In this document: piece by piece, positions 1 through 10,700 of the stretch
Numbering within the stretch: position 1 is the stretch's first letter
How the letters are laid out: each line of letters opens with the position of its first letter
Assembly (NCBI GenBank): GCA_965277285.1
Contig: OZ255721.1
Coordinates: 2,752,001 to 2,816,000 of the forward strand
Direction: 5' to 3'
DNA length: 64,000 nt
Source: Abditibacteriaceae bacterium
GTDB taxonomy: Bacteria; Armatimonadota; Abditibacteriia; Abditibacteriales; Abditibacteriaceae
Position numbers and translations under genes: made by a program
Notes under the pieces: generated by a model
What the model was told of the DNA's origin: nothing
What the model saw: only the letters and a program-made list of their open reading frames with translations
Database searches by the model: none

Positions 1-327
1 AATTGCAACAGTCTTGGTTTTGATTTCATTAGTCGAAAACGGCTCGCGCGCGACGATCATCGGGCCATAAGGGTTTTCGACTTGGCCTTCGCCCATCGAA
101 GCGCCGTGCGGCAAAAGCGCGTATTTATCGGCGAGATACGCGTAAGCGTGCGTCGAAATCGCGGTCACTTCGTAAATGCCGCTTTGCGCCGCGCGATTGA
201 GCGTTTCGATGTCTTTCAAGACGTGAACGAACTCGATGCCCTGCGTATCAATTTTGTGGCGCGACAATGCGTAGTGCATAAACGCGTCATCCGAATCCGG
301 CGAATGTGCGACTGTAATTTTAGTCAT
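1..327 (-). CDS. mqnD: 1,4-dihydroxy-6-naphthoate synthase (futalosine menaquinone pathway), runs off the window edge
   Basis: Manual translation from ATG at 327: [21 protein letters not shown]...DIETLNRAA...HGASMGEG...YGP, typical MqnD N-terminal motifs. Not in the ORF track because the 3' end is outside the window. Confidence 0.85.
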   Translation of the reverse strand, partial: MTKITVAHSPDSDDAFMHYALSRHKIDTQGIEFVHVLKDIETLNRAAQSGIYEVTAISTHAYAYLADKYALLPHGASMGEGQVENPYGPMIVAREPFSTNEIKTKTVAI

Positions 328-349
328 GGTAATTTATTTTCCGACAGAC

Positions 350-976
350 TTAGTTCGAGTTGCTCTCACGAAGTTTGTCGCGTCGTTGCTTTTCTTCCTC
401 GACTTTTGGCCTCCAAATATCATAAGTCCAATCGCCCATGTCCACCTCTTCGTGGTACGGAGATTTTGTAATTTCTTTTTTTGGTACCGCAGTAATCAGA
501 AGTTCCAAGGCTTCCTCAATCGAATTACCCGGGCAATAACCACTACCATCGCCGACTTCATAGATACGTCCTAAATCGTCTACCAGCAACCTCAGGGTGT
601 AACGAACAGGGTCGATGTTACCGATGGGATAAACGCGATGTCCCAACTGCTGGCCCCAAACATAGTCATAAACGTAATTGTAAGGCGCGTATTCAGGAAG
701 GCTTGTAAAGTGCTTATGCAGAGGATCGAAGTCAAAGTCCATGCGTGGCAAACGATGACCAGGCTTAACCTCCACTAAGCCTTCCGCTCCACCTTGATTA
801 ATACGCAAATCGCCGAATTCGCGCAGAATAGAAGCTGCCGCATCAAACAGCTCGAACTCATAGCGCGTGCGAAAGGTTTCCGTGATGAAATTGAAACGCG
901 CGTTGTCTAAGCGACGGCCAGGAAACCAGCCGTTCTCGCGCAGAACTTGTTCAACAAAAGGAGAAAAACGTGCCAT
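350..976 (-). CDS. SUKH-3-like immunity protein
   Basis: LRENGWFPGRR, ILREFGDL, VYPIG and LLVDDLGRIY motifs resemble the SUKH-3 family. Start placed at ATG 976 (track uses 991). Confidence 0.65.
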   Translation of the reverse strand: MARFSPFVEQVLRENGWFPGRRLDNARFNFITETFRTRYEFELFDAAASILREFGDLRINQGGAEGLVEVKPGHRLPRMDFDFDPLHKHFTSLPEYAPYNYVYDYVWGQQLGHRVYPIGNIDPVRYTLRLLVDDLGRIYEVGDGSGYCPGNSIEEALELLITAVPKKEITKSPYHEEVDMGDWTYDIWRPKVEEEKQRRDKLRESNSN

Positions 977-1003
977 TTGAAACTTCGCCAATCGAGTACT
1001 CGA

Positions 1004-1888
1004 TTACTTTGTGTTCGCCATTTCCTGCAACACCTTGAACAAGACTTGCGTGCCTTCTTCGCCCCAGCCGCGACTTTGCGCGATGCGCCACAAGTTGCGC
1101 GCCAAATCGGTTCCGAAAATCGGCGCACCTAACGCATCGGCGGCTTCAGCAATGAGACGATTATCTTTCTGCTGCGTGTCCACCATAAAGGCCGGTGCGA
1201 AATCGCCGCGCGCGATTTTCGGTGCCAAGTTCTGCATCGCCCAACTGGACGCCGCACCTGCGCCGACGACTTGAATAATCGTTTCCAATTCGACACCCAT
1301 TTTCTGTCCTAAAACGAGAGCTTCGCAAACGCCCAGCAAGTTCATCACGCCGCAAATCTGGTTGCACAACTTCACGCTTTGTCCGCTGCCAATCGCGCCG
1401 CAATATGTCACGGTTTTGCCCAACGTTTGGAAAATTGGTTTGGCTTCCTCAAAGTCGTTCGGGTCGCCGCCAACCATAATCGACAAACTCGCGTTTTGCG
1501 CACCAACTTCGCCGCCAGTGACGGGCGCATCAAGATAACGCGCGCCTTTTTCGCTTGCGCGCCGTGCCAAATCGCGCGTCAATTCGGGCGAAATCGTGCT
1601 CATGTCGATGCACAAAACGCCCTTTCGAGTACTCGATGTGTCGCTCAACGCGCCATTTTCGCCGAACAAAACAGTTTCAACGTCCGGCCCATCGGTCACC
1701 ATCGTGATGATGATTTCGGCGTCTTGCGCGGCTTCTCGCGGCGTATCGAAGGCTTGCGCGCCCGCTTCGACAATGCTTTGTGTTTTGCTTCGCGTGCGAT
1801 TGTAGCAGCGCACGACATGTCCAGCGCGCTGCAGATGAGCCGCCATTGGCGCTCCCATAATTCCGGTTCCCAACCAGGCAATAGTCAT
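1004..1888 (-). CDS. NAD(P)-dependent oxidoreductase, 3-hydroxyisobutyrate dehydrogenase/tartronate semialdehyde reductase family
   Basis: GTGIMGAPMA Rossmann motif, DAPVTGG, GSGQSVKLCNQ. Confidence 0.9.
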   Translation of the reverse strand: MTIAWLGTGIMGAPMAAHLQRAGHVVRCYNRTRSKTQSIVEAGAQAFDTPREAAQDAEIIITMVTDGPDVETVLFGENGALSDTSSTRKGVLCIDMSTISPELTRDLARRASEKGARYLDAPVTGGEVGAQNASLSIMVGGDPNDFEEAKPIFQTLGKTVTYCGAIGSGQSVKLCNQICGVMNLLGVCEALVLGQKMGVELETIIQVVGAGAASSWAMQNLAPKIARGDFAPAFMVDTQQKDNRLIAEAADALGAPIFGTDLARNLWRIAQSRGWGEEGTQVLFKVLQEMANTK

Positions 1889-1900
1889 AAAAAATTACCG

Positions 1901-2091
1901 CAGAGAAGAGCAATGTAGGGACGTCAGCTTGCTGCGCCCGCACTTTCCGCATCCACATTTGCTGCCCCTGCACCTCTACGCCCGCATTTTCTATTCTTGA
2001 ACACAACATCCGCCGTTCGAGTACTCGAATGCCGCATACAAACGCCGAACTCGGGCGCAGCAAGCTGACGCCCCTACATTGCTCTTCTCTG
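1901..2091. repeat. GTAG-type REP doublet (REPIN-like) with ~40-bp inverted arms
   Basis: CAGAGAAGAGCAATGTAGGGACGTCAGCTTGCTGCGCCCG (1901-1940) and a near-perfect reverse complement at 2052-2091. The same REP recurs at 29505-29579. Confidence 0.85.
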
Positions 2092-2120
2092 TGTGCTCCG
2101 CGTCCTCTGCGGTTCAAAAA

Positions 2121-2612
2121 TCAGGTTGTCACAATGGCATCGTTGCCTTGTGCGGAAACAGTCCAATTGGTCAAAGACGTTTTCGCTGGGCCATTCAAGA
2201 CTTTGCCGCTGTCATCGAAATTGGAGCCGTGACATGGGCAATGAAACTGCGTTTTCTGCCAGGCGACGACGCAACCGGCGTGCGGACATTTGGCCGAAAG
2301 CGCGTGCAACTGTCCTTTGGTATGCAATAAAATGCCCGCGCTGCCGCCATCGGGAAGCGTAAAAACCATCGTTTGTCCGTCTTGCAAATTCGCGCCGCCA
2401 GGAACCGAAAACATTTTCCCCGTGATCGCTTTGGCGAGAACAGCTTCAGTCGCGGCGCCGCTGGTTCCTGTACTCGATTCGTTGCCTAACGTGCCGCAGC
2501 CGCTCAATGCAACAATCGAAAGCGCGGCGCCAACAGTGAGAAACTCGCGGCGCGACAGATTTTTATCGTTGTTGTCGCGCGCATTTTCTTCGTGATATTT
2601 GAGGTTTGGCAT
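2121..2612 (-). CDS. Rieske (2Fe-2S) protein with Tat/lipoprotein signal
   Basis: SRREFL Tat motif, LSGC lipobox, CPHAGC and CPCHGS Rieske ligands. Confidence 0.9.
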   Translation of the reverse strand: MPNLKYHEENARDNNDKNLSRREFLTVGAALSIVALSGCGTLGNESSTGTSGAATEAVLAKAITGKMFSVPGGANLQDGQTMVFTLPDGGSAGILLHTKGQLHALSAKCPHAGCVVAWQKTQFHCPCHGSNFDDSGKVLNGPAKTSLTNWTVSAQGNDAIVTT

Positions 2613-2628
2613 CGTTAAAGGAAAGGTT

Positions 2629-3108
2629 TCAGCCGCCATAATGCCAGGGCGTGTCGCTCATGCGCAACGGTTCTTCGTCGCTTTCAACGCCTGCTTCAAT
2701 GACTTCGCCGACAACAACCGAATGATCGCCGATGTCGAGGATTTCGTGGACACGGCACTCGAACCAGGCGGCGCAATGGGCTAAAATCGGCGCGCCAGTC
2801 TGTGCGAATTGCAATTGATACTCATCCAATTTATCGGTTGTTCCATTGCGGTCGGGTTTAAGAAAATGTTTGGCAACGTCCTGTTGGCTGCGACCCAAAA
2901 CCGAAACGGCGAAAACGCGTCCTTGGCGCAGCATCGCATTGGAGCCGCTGTCGCGTCGCACGCCAAGCATCACCAAAGGCGGTGCGAATGAGCATTGCGA
3001 CAACCAATCGGCGGTGAAAGCGTTCAAGTTTTCGTCCTGACGCACGCCGACGACGTAAAGTCCGTACGAAATTTTACGCAGCGCGATTTTTTTGGCGGCT
3101 TCGTTCAT
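2629..3108 (-). CDS. flavin reductase family protein
   Basis: LRKISYGLYVV, SFAPPLV and GDHSVVVGEV motifs. Confidence 0.88.
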   Translation of the reverse strand: MNEAAKKIALRKISYGLYVVGVRQDENLNAFTADWLSQCSFAPPLVMLGVRRDSGSNAMLRQGRVFAVSVLGRSQQDVAKHFLKPDRNGTTDKLDEYQLQFAQTGAPILAHCAAWFECRVHEILDIGDHSVVVGEVIEAGVESDEEPLRMSDTPWHYGG

Positions 3109-3243
3109 GGAGTGCGGAACCTTTTGCAGAAGAAACAGGTCGTAGCGAGAAAGATGATGCGAGTGTTTCCGCAAACGCGCGCGCTGTCAAGCGTTTTGTT
3201 GTGGGATGAGCTTTGCAAAACGCGCGAGAAACCGACTTCGAAA

Positions 3244-3252
3244 TGTTATAAT
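3244..3252 (+). promoter_or_regulatory. extended -10 promoter element (TGnTATAAT)
   Basis: TGTTATAAT upstream of the deacetylase gene in a divergent intergenic region. Confidence 0.55.
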
Positions 3253-3325
3253 TGTGATGGACAAAAAAGCATCGAACGCAGCAAAACAACAACAAGAAAG
3301 CAGCTTGCGTCGTGGAGAAAGACTG

Positions 3326-4249
3326 ATGAGTACTCGAAATAGCGGAGACGGCGAACGTGAAGGTTATCGCCTGCACGAGCGTCGAAAAAACAACCTGGCG
3401 CCGATAGCAATCGTCGCGGGCGCCGGATTATTGTGCATCGCGGGCTGGAAAGTCATCGCGCGCCGTAACATTGGAAGCGCAACGACAACGCCGGTGCGCG
3501 CCGAAACGGTTTCGCTTCCCGCTCGTGCAGCACGCCCAACCGCGACGCCGCAAATCTACGCGGCGCGCGACATTGCCAATTGGGCTAAAGGGAAGCGCAT
3601 TACGAATGTTCCGGTCGCGCCAGGCAACAAAGTTTTCGCTTTGACTTTCGATGACGGTCCGTGGCCAGTTTACACGCGCAAGATTTTGCAGATTTTGAAA
3701 GACAACGATGTTAAAGCGACGTTTTTCATGGTCGGTCACGAAGTGCGAGCGCGTCCCGATGTCGCACGCGCGGTGCGTGATGCTGGTCACGCAGTTGGCA
3801 ACCATTCCTGGGATCATCCTTCTCGCCCGAAAGATCCGGTCATGCAAGTGATGCGCACCGATGCGGAAATCAAGAAAGAATTGGGTTTCCGCCCGACGAT
3901 GTTTCGTCCGCCGTATGGCATTATGAAGAACGGCATGGCTGCGCAAGCCGCCAAATTGCACGACCCGATTTTGTTATGGAGCGCCGATAGCGCCGACTGG
4001 AAGCGTCCCGGCGCCGATCATATCGTGCAAATGATCGTCGGCCAAGCGCGTCCTGGCGGCATTTCGCTGATGCACGACGGCGGTGGCGACCGCAGTCAGG
4101 ATGTCGAAGCCTTGCCGATTATCATTTCCGAACTGCGCGCCAAAGGTTATCGCTTTGTCACGATTCCCGAACTGCTGAAACTGCGTGACGCCAACGCCGC
4201 TGCGCAGGAAGACGCCAGAAAAGCCGCGCGCCGCAAAAGAAAACATTGA
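3326..4249 (+). CDS. membrane-anchored polysaccharide deacetylase (NodB/CE4)
   Basis: ALTFDDGP, GNHSWDHP, FRPPYG and LMHDGGG motifs with an N-terminal TM segment. GGAG lies 8 nt before ATG 3326; 3257 is an alternative start. Confidence 0.9.
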   Translation: MSTRNSGDGEREGYRLHERRKNNLAPIAIVAGAGLLCIAGWKVIARRNIGSATTTPVRAETVSLPARAARPTATPQIYAARDIANWAKGKRITNVPVAPGNKVFALTFDDGPWPVYTRKILQILKDNDVKATFFMVGHEVRARPDVARAVRDAGHAVGNHSWDHPSRPKDPVMQVMRTDAEIKKELGFRPTMFRPPYGIMKNGMAAQAAKLHDPILLWSADSADWKRPGADHIVQMIVGQARPGGISLMHDGGGDRSQDVEALPIIISELRAKGYRFVTIPELLKLRDANAAAQEDARKAARRKRKH

Positions 4250-4272
4250 TCGACTTTCGAGTACTCGAAGCC

Positions 4273-4403
4273 CAGCGAACCCAAAGCGTCAGCGAGGGCG
4301 ACAAACGGGGCAGAAGGATGAGGAATAAAGTTTCAAGTGCTCAATCTTCATCCCTTATGCTTCATCCTTTCCCATCTCCCTCGCTGACGCTTTGGGTTCG
4401 CTG
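4273..4403. repeat. REP-like inverted repeat, family CGAACCC.AAGCGT.AGCGA
   Basis: CAGCGAACCCAAAGCGTCAGCGAGGG ... CCCTCGCTGACGCTTTGGGTTCGCTG. Related copies at 6739, 30536 and 48664. Confidence 0.8.
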
Positions 4404-4425
4404 ATTGAACTTGCATTTATTGGCT

Positions 4426-6639
4426 ATGAAACATCTTTTTCGCCGCGCCGGACGATTCGCTTCGTCCGGCGCTTTCCTTTTTGTTGGAACGTTTTTCGTC
4501 TCGCTTCTTGTGGCGCCTTCTCAAGTCGCGCAGGCGCAAACGACGATTGCTGCGGCTCCAACGTCTGCAACATTGCAAAGCGACCGTCGCGTTCTTGATA
4601 CGAGCGGTAACTTCGTTTTGTCGTTGACGGATTCGCCATTTAATTCTGCGCGTTTTCGCATCGGGCTTTTTCGCGCAGGACAAACGGCGAAGTTAGCTGA
4701 GGAACGCCGCGATTTCACAGTTCAAAACGGCGCTTTGAGTACTCAGATTCATCTTGAAGCGCCGCCTGGCGATTACGAACTGCGCGTTCTCAGCGATGAC
4801 CAAAACCGCGCGCCGCTTTCTTCGCCCGCGCTTGTCACCGTTCCAGGCATTCGCCGCGAACCTGGCTGGTGGCTTTTCAACGGGCAGCCTTTCGTCACCG
4901 CAAGCGATGCAAATACGAACATTTCTGCGCCGAACGCGCCGCTTTTTATTGCGGGTTTGAAGCGTGATTTTGGCAAGAAACCAAAGCCGATTTCGCGCAA
5001 CCTTGCCGCGAACACGTTGCTCCAATATCGAGTACTCGAACTGCCACCATTAAGCGAAATTAGCGCGCCCAATTACGATTCCACCGCCTTGCGTTTGAAA
5101 GTTATTGGTCAAATCAACGATGCGCGAAATAGCGGACAGCGCAACCTAACAGGTTTTGAATTGCCGCTCGGCGTCACAAATCCGAACCTTGTCAACTCGG
5201 ACGCGAAAATTGTGGTCGGTCGCTTGCGCCAGATTTTGAACGAAGTCGCGCCAGATGCAGCTTTAATTATCTCAACAGATTCAAGCGAAGCCTTGTTTCG
5301 CCTGCGTAACCTCGAAACTTACGTGCCGTTGTGCGACGCTGCTGTTTTGATAACTAACAGCGAAGATGCTCACGATCTGTGGGCTATCAAGGCATTGCGG
5401 CGCGTCGCCGAAGAACAACCCAATTACGATTTGCCGATTTTTGTTCGCACTTTGCAAAGCAAAGAAACCGGATACGCTTACAACGCGTTGAGCGATTCAC
5501 ACGCTCTCGATTTATGGATGAGCGGCGCGACTGGCTTTATCGAGTACTCGAATGACGCACCAATCGCATGGAAAGCGATCGCTCAACGCAATGCGGCGCT
5601 CTTCGTCGGCTCCGTTACGTTGGAAGATATTGGCGTTTTGGCGATACCAGAATGGAATCGGGAAACTAATGTCAGCGATGGCGATATGTTCAAAGGCAAC
5701 GCCGTGCTTTTGTATCGAACCTTGCGCGATGCCGGTCGCATTCCGCAAACGTCGCGCTTGCCCGACTTGACGCAAAAAGAAAGCGAGCGCAAAACTGAAT
5801 CGCTGATGGTTGCGTTGGGTCAACGCGTCAGCAACGAGACGATTGAACGCTTGCGCGCGGCAGCCAAAGCGGGCAATCGCGTTTACATTGAAGGCGCGCC
5901 GATGCAGGACGAAAACAGCAAAGAAACGGGTTGGCGTTTGGGTTCCTTAGTCGGCGGTGACATTGCGAAAGGTGATGTCAGTGCGTCGAATTCGTTGTCT
6001 TCGATGACTTTGCAAGATGGCTGGATGTTTGGCACCGAGCGCGGCACGAAGATTCCGGTCTCTGCCGCCTTTCGCGTCATGCTAAATAACGGCAGCGTCG
6101 CGCCGCGAACCAAAGACCAGAAAGGTTTGGATATTCTGCTCAAGCCGCGCGTCGCTGCGGTTTTAGACGATGGTTCGCCAGCTTTGATTATCAATCCTGT
6201 AGGCAAAGGCGAAGTCATCTGGATGCCGTTTGCGCTGCAAGGCAACGCCGCGCAACGCCGCGAATGGTATCAGGCGGTTTCCAATTACATCGAACCGTCG
6301 CTCGTCACTTTGCGCGCGAAAGACGCTTCCTCAAGCGCTTCCACAAACGCCGCCAACGTTCACCTCGCACTGCGCCGTTCGACTGGTGGAACGTTGTTGC
6401 TGGGCTTGTTCAACGATTCCGCTGAAACCGTAAATCTAAGTGCGACAGTTGAAACCTTCGCTGGCGTCGCACTCGATTTGCGCAGCGAACGCGAACTGCC
6501 TTTGACAACGCGCGGCAACGAATCGACCGTGAACGTCTCGATTTCTGCCAACAGTTGGAGCGCAATCGCCTTCGCCGTCGACCGCAAAACTCTCGATACA
6601 GAACGCGATACGTTTACTGGCAAAGTTCGCCTGAAATAA
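4426..6639 (+). CDS. secreted hypothetical protein (~740 aa)
   Basis: Long ORF with a signal peptide ending AQAQ. The C-terminal part loosely resembles glycoside-hydrolase trimerisation-like domains; no firm family assignment. Confidence 0.75.
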   Translation: MKHLFRRAGRFASSGAFLFVGTFFVSLLVAPSQVAQAQTTIAAAPTSATLQSDRRVLDTSGNFVLSLTDSPFNSARFRIGLFRAGQTAKLAEERRDFTVQNGALSTQIHLEAPPGDYELRVLSDDQNRAPLSSPALVTVPGIRREPGWWLFNGQPFVTASDANTNISAPNAPLFIAGLKRDFGKKPKPISRNLAANTLLQYRVLELPPLSEISAPNYDSTALRLKVIGQINDARNSGQRNLTGFELPLGVTNPNLVNSDAKIVVGRLRQILNEVAPDAALIISTDSSEALFRLRNLETYVPLCDAAVLITNSEDAHDLWAIKALRRVAEEQPNYDLPIFVRTLQSKETGYAYNALSDSHALDLWMSGATGFIEYSNDAPIAWKAIAQRNAALFVGSVTLEDIGVLAIPEWNRETNVSDGDMFKGNAVLLYRTLRDAGRIPQTSRLPDLTQKESERKTESLMVALGQRVSNETIERLRAAAKAGNRVYIEGAPMQDENSKETGWRLGSLVGGDIAKGDVSASNSLSSMTLQDGWMFGTERGTKIPVSAAFRVMLNNGSVAPRTKDQKGLDILLKPRVAAVLDDGSPALIINPVGKGEVIWMPFALQGNAAQRREWYQAVSNYIEPSLVTLRAKDASSSASTNAANVHLALRRSTGGTLLLGLFNDSAETVNLSATVETFAGVALDLRSERELPLTTRGNESTVNVSISANSWSAIAFAVDRKTLDTERDTFTGKVRLK

Positions 6640-6669
6640 CGAATCGAGTACTCGATGTTGAGCAAACGC

Positions 6670-6704
6670 AAAAGCACGATTCCTCTTCTGGAATCGTGCT
6701 TTTT
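6670..6704. terminator. probable bidirectional intrinsic terminator
   Basis: AAAAGCACGATTCC-loop-GGAATCGTGCTTTT between convergent genes. Confidence 0.75.
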
Positions 6705-6738
6705 CTTGTTATGTGGTGGTTGATAAATGAGAAGCTAC

Positions 6739-6809
6739 AGCGAACCCGAAGCATGAGCGAGGGAGAGATAGCGAGAAAGTATCTCCCTCGCTTACGCTTC
6801 GGCTTCGTT
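6739..6809. repeat. REP-like inverted repeat, CGAACCC family
   Basis: AGCGAACCCGAAGCATGAGCGAGGGAGA ... TCTCCCTCGCTTACGCTTCGGCTTCGTT. Confidence 0.75.
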
Positions 6810-7338
6810 AAGAACGTCCGCGCAATTTCGACAAGAGCGAACCGTGTGGCAAAGGCGTTGGCGCGCCGTTCGATTGTGCTGGTGCTGCAACAGTTGGCGC
6901 AGTCGGTGCATTTTGCGCGCTTTGTGGCGTCAAAACTTGCGTTTGCAGATTGGGCGCGGGACGCGGCGCTGGCGGTGTGGGATACTGGCGCGCGGCGGGC
7001 GACGGAATCATCGTGTTAGTCGGCGCCAAACTCGGCGTGGCCGTCGCGGGTGTCATGTTGCGCGGCGGCGTGGAAGGATCAGGCAAATACGAGGCGGCGC
7101 GGCGCGCGAGATCGTTCGCGTTGTTTTTCAAGTGGCCTTTCACATCGTGGCCATAACGCTCCCACAACGTTTTCATCAGCCACACAGCGGCCATCAATTG
7201 CCATGTTCCAATGACAGGCAAGTCGATGTGCTTGCCTTTTCCGGGAATGCGAATCGGCGGAACTGGGCCGCCGCGACCCGTGCGGCGCCAAGCCAGATGA
7301 ACGACGAGTGACATCAAATAACGTAAAAACGTGGACAT
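6808..7338 (-). CDS. hypothetical Pro/Ala/Thr-rich protein
   Basis: GGAG SD upstream of ATG 7338; low-complexity C-terminus. Confidence 0.65.
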   Translation of the reverse strand: MSTFLRYLMSLVVHLAWRRTGRGGPVPPIRIPGKGKHIDLPVIGTWQLMAAVWLMKTLWERYGHDVKGHLKNNANDLARRAASYLPDPSTPPRNMTPATATPSLAPTNTMIPSPAARQYPTPPAPRPAPNLQTQVLTPQSAQNAPTAPTVAAPAQSNGAPTPLPHGSLLSKLRGRS

Positions 7339-7520
7339 TTCAGGTGCTCCTTGGTTCAAACTGACGGCTTTTCGGGAACAGCGCGCACAAGACGCGTGCC
7401 ATGAAAAAGCGTTGCAGTTTTTCGGTGGAGATGAACCGCTAAGACACTAAGAATAACTGCAGTGTGGTCGTTCTGAGAATTCGTTTTCAAAGTAGAAAAC
7501 AACGATGGAATTAGCAGTTT

Positions 7521-7694
7521 GTCGTTCTGAGCGAGATGAAGAATCTGATTGTAGTTAGATTCTTCGACTTCACTCAGAGCGTGTATAGGAAAGGCCAGAA
7601 AACAACAAAAACACTAAAAAGTGATACTTTGTCATTCTGAGCGGAGCGAAGAATCTAACATTACGCCAGATTCTTCGCTCCGCTCAGAATGACA
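7521..7694. repeat. two GTCATTCTGAGC-family palindromes; the first is interrupted by an IS5-end remnant
   Basis: Intact TGTCATTCTGAGCGGAGCGAAGAATCT...AGATTCTTCGCTCCGCTCAGAATGACA at 7630-7694. A degenerate copy at 7521-7576 is followed by GAGCGTGTATAGGAAAGG (7577-7594). Confidence 0.8.
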
Positions 7695-7768
7695 CAGCTG
7701 TGGGTTTCCAGTACTCGATTCGCTTTTTGACTTGTCTGAATATTAACAGTTTGACTTTTTTCAAATCA

Positions 7769-10700
7769 TCACGCGTTCTCGGGTGCGACGGGCAAGTGCA
7801 AGCCGATGTCGTCATCGAAGAGGCCGCGCGCAATTCCGTCGTCGAAGGCGTAAAAAATCGTGCCAAAGTTACTATTCTGCGTACTCAAATCGTCACGAAA
7901 AGCGTTGTTAGCGTTCGGGCCGTTAAAGTTGGTCGCGTTCAAAGAAACTGTCGCGCTTTTGTCCGTCCAATCGGCAACGGTGCCCACAACAGTTCCGCTC
8001 GCATGAACAATCGCGCTCTGATTTTCGCAAATGGCGCCGCTGAATTTCAAACTGTAATTGTTGCGGCGAAAACGATAAGCCGCGATTTGTTCGCTGCGCG
8101 AAATGGTTCCATCGCGGTCGGCATCGACGTTGTTGCGCACCGTCGCGTCATACCAATCGTTGGGAATCACGATCCAACTGCCTTCCTGCGCATAAACGAA
8201 AGCGCGCACGTCCAGCGTTTGCGCCGGAGCCAAACTCTCAATTTGATGCTGCGCGTTCAAGCCGACGTTTTCCAATTTCAAGCGCGACACGTTGTAATAC
8301 GGAATGCGCCCGCCATTGCCGCTGTAAGACGTGCTGTCGAAATAATCCGTGAGGCGATAAACACCATCGACAATTTTGTTATTGAATCGCAACGCAACAG
8401 AATTGGAGCCGTTGCGCGCGCCATCGAGTACTCGACTGTCGAGCAGAAAACTTTGTGGCACCAGCGGGCTTCCCGCATAATTGACATAGAAACTCTGGTC
8501 GCTCGTCGCCACATCTTCGGTTTCGTCGGCGGAAGACGCATCCGGCAAAACCGCGCCATGAATCGGGTTAAAACCAAATTGCCCGACGCGCTCATAATTG
8601 CCGCGCGTGTTGTCCCAAATATCGCTGCGCAAGCCGCTGGCCGTTTCGTTGGAATAAACGCCGTTCAAGGTCGAGACAACCGAAGTCGCCATTGGAATGT
8701 CATAAAGTCCCAGCGTTTTCAGGTTTGGGCGCCACGGCCACAGTCCAGTTGAAGTCGCATCAGCGCGATTTCCTACGCTGGCCATAAAATAAAACGGTGG
8801 CATTTGCAGGTTTCCAATTGTGTTCGGATTTTCACCATAATGATTGAAGAGCAACTGAGTACTCGAATCGGCGTAGCGCCAGGAAGGAGACGCACGATTG
8901 CGCAAAACGCCGTTGAAGGTGTAAACCGGCAGAGTCGGCCCGGCCAGCCAGTTGAGGTGATAATTGACGGCGCGCGTTCCCGCCGGCATCGGACGCATGA
9001 CGCTCCAAAAATCGAGCGCGAAAGCGGCACCCATCACCACGAGATTTTTGTCCGGCGTGCGAATCAAACTGGTTTGCGCGTTCGCCGCCAACTTATGCGA
9101 CAGCAGCGCCATCGTTGGCGCGCTCAACCCGTCCAAATACGGCACACGAACCGCCGCGCGACGCTCCGCACTGTGGCGCAAGGCAATGCGCACTTCGCTC
9201 GATGAACCCGACGGCAAATTGAAACGCCGTTGCAACGCCTGACCAAAACGATCCAGGCGATTGTAGCGCGTATAAGGTTCGCCGCTGTTCAAAGGATCGC
9301 TTTTGGCGCGCACCGGACGTAACGCCGGTTGACTGCTGCGCACCGGCGTTGAAGCCAGCAAATTCAAGCGATTGTTGAAAGTGTCCACCGAAGCAACGCA
9401 AACTTCTTGCGCATTGCTGCTGTTGTTGTCGAGAGTCACCCAATCGCCCGCTTGAAAGGCGCTCGCGTCGTAAACATTGATCGAATAAACCGGCGCGTTT
9501 GTCGAGGCTGTAATCGCCGTCCGCAACAGCGTTTGGTCATCGGTTCTTTCGAGTACTCGCGTCGGGTTCAAAACGACGTTGCGCTTCGCCAGCAGCAAAA
9601 CTTTCTTGTCGCTCGCGCTTAGCGAACCTTCGATATAAATGTTATTGAACGACACTACGGTGAGAGAATGCGGCGGATTGTTCGCCTGACCACGAATGCG
9701 AATATTGCCTTCCGCGCAAATGACGCCATTCTTCGGCCACGCGAAAGTCTGCCGGTAAACGCCGCCCGAACTCGGATGTCCCAGCAAATTGCCATTCGCA
9801 TCGCGCCAACCTTTATGCGCCGCCGCGCCCAAGTTGTAAGTCGCCGTATCATCGCGCGAATCGAGCGTAATCGAAATCGTGTTGTCGGTGTTCAACTCAA
9901 TCAAAGCGCCGCGTGCGCGAAACTCGTCTGGCCCGATCCAGCCGCGCAAATGTTGCTCTTCCAGCGAACGATTGGCCAACGTTCGACTCGATGGTGTTCC
10001 CAACCGCAAATAAGTCAGCGTCGAAGATGTCGCGTGACTTGTCCACATTCGGCGCAGTTCGTCCTGCGTCATTTCACGCAAAAGAGTTCCGCCGCCAACG
10101 CGTTCGCGGTCACGCAAATTGTTAATATAAATGCCTTCGCCGTAGCCGTAAAGCGAGGCGCTTGAGGGAGCGAGCGGCGACAAAGGTCGAGAACTTTGCG
10201 TTAGGCGACGATAGCGATTTTGCGCGCCGCCCGCTTCAATATCTGGCGGCGTGAAATGCCCGACCTGGCGCGTCGACGATGGCACCTCCGCCAGACGATT
10301 CCAGCCGTCATCGACCAACTGCGATTTCTCATCGGCGTTCATTCCCGCCCAGACGCCTGGAAAATTGAGGTCATTGCTCGGTACAACCGTAGCATTATTT
10401 AACGTGCGCGCCGTTCCGCCATTCGAGTACTCACCAGCGACTGTAAGCGTCGGGACAGCAGCGGGAACCGTTGGAAAAGGCATCAACTGCACGCCACCGG
10501 ACGCGCGAATGGTAGCCACGCTCGTTCCGCTCGTCGCATTTTGCGGCGCACGCAAATTCAAAGCGCGCACATCGCCGAAAAGCAATAAGCCGCCATTCGC
10601 GCGCACGCCGCCCGAAGTGCCACCTCCAAGAGAAGCCAAATCGAAAATAACATTTTCACGCGCCGTTTCAAAGGTTCCGTTGCCGTTGAAATCGAGCCAC

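Noticed and set aside
7700..8752. Long antisense or alternative-frame ORFs (e.g. 7700-8752, 26400-27347, 31049-32230, 39229-40467, 53386-54375, 62320-63255)
   Set aside because: They overlap clearly recognisable genes and have no motifs; typical shadow ORFs in GC-rich DNA.
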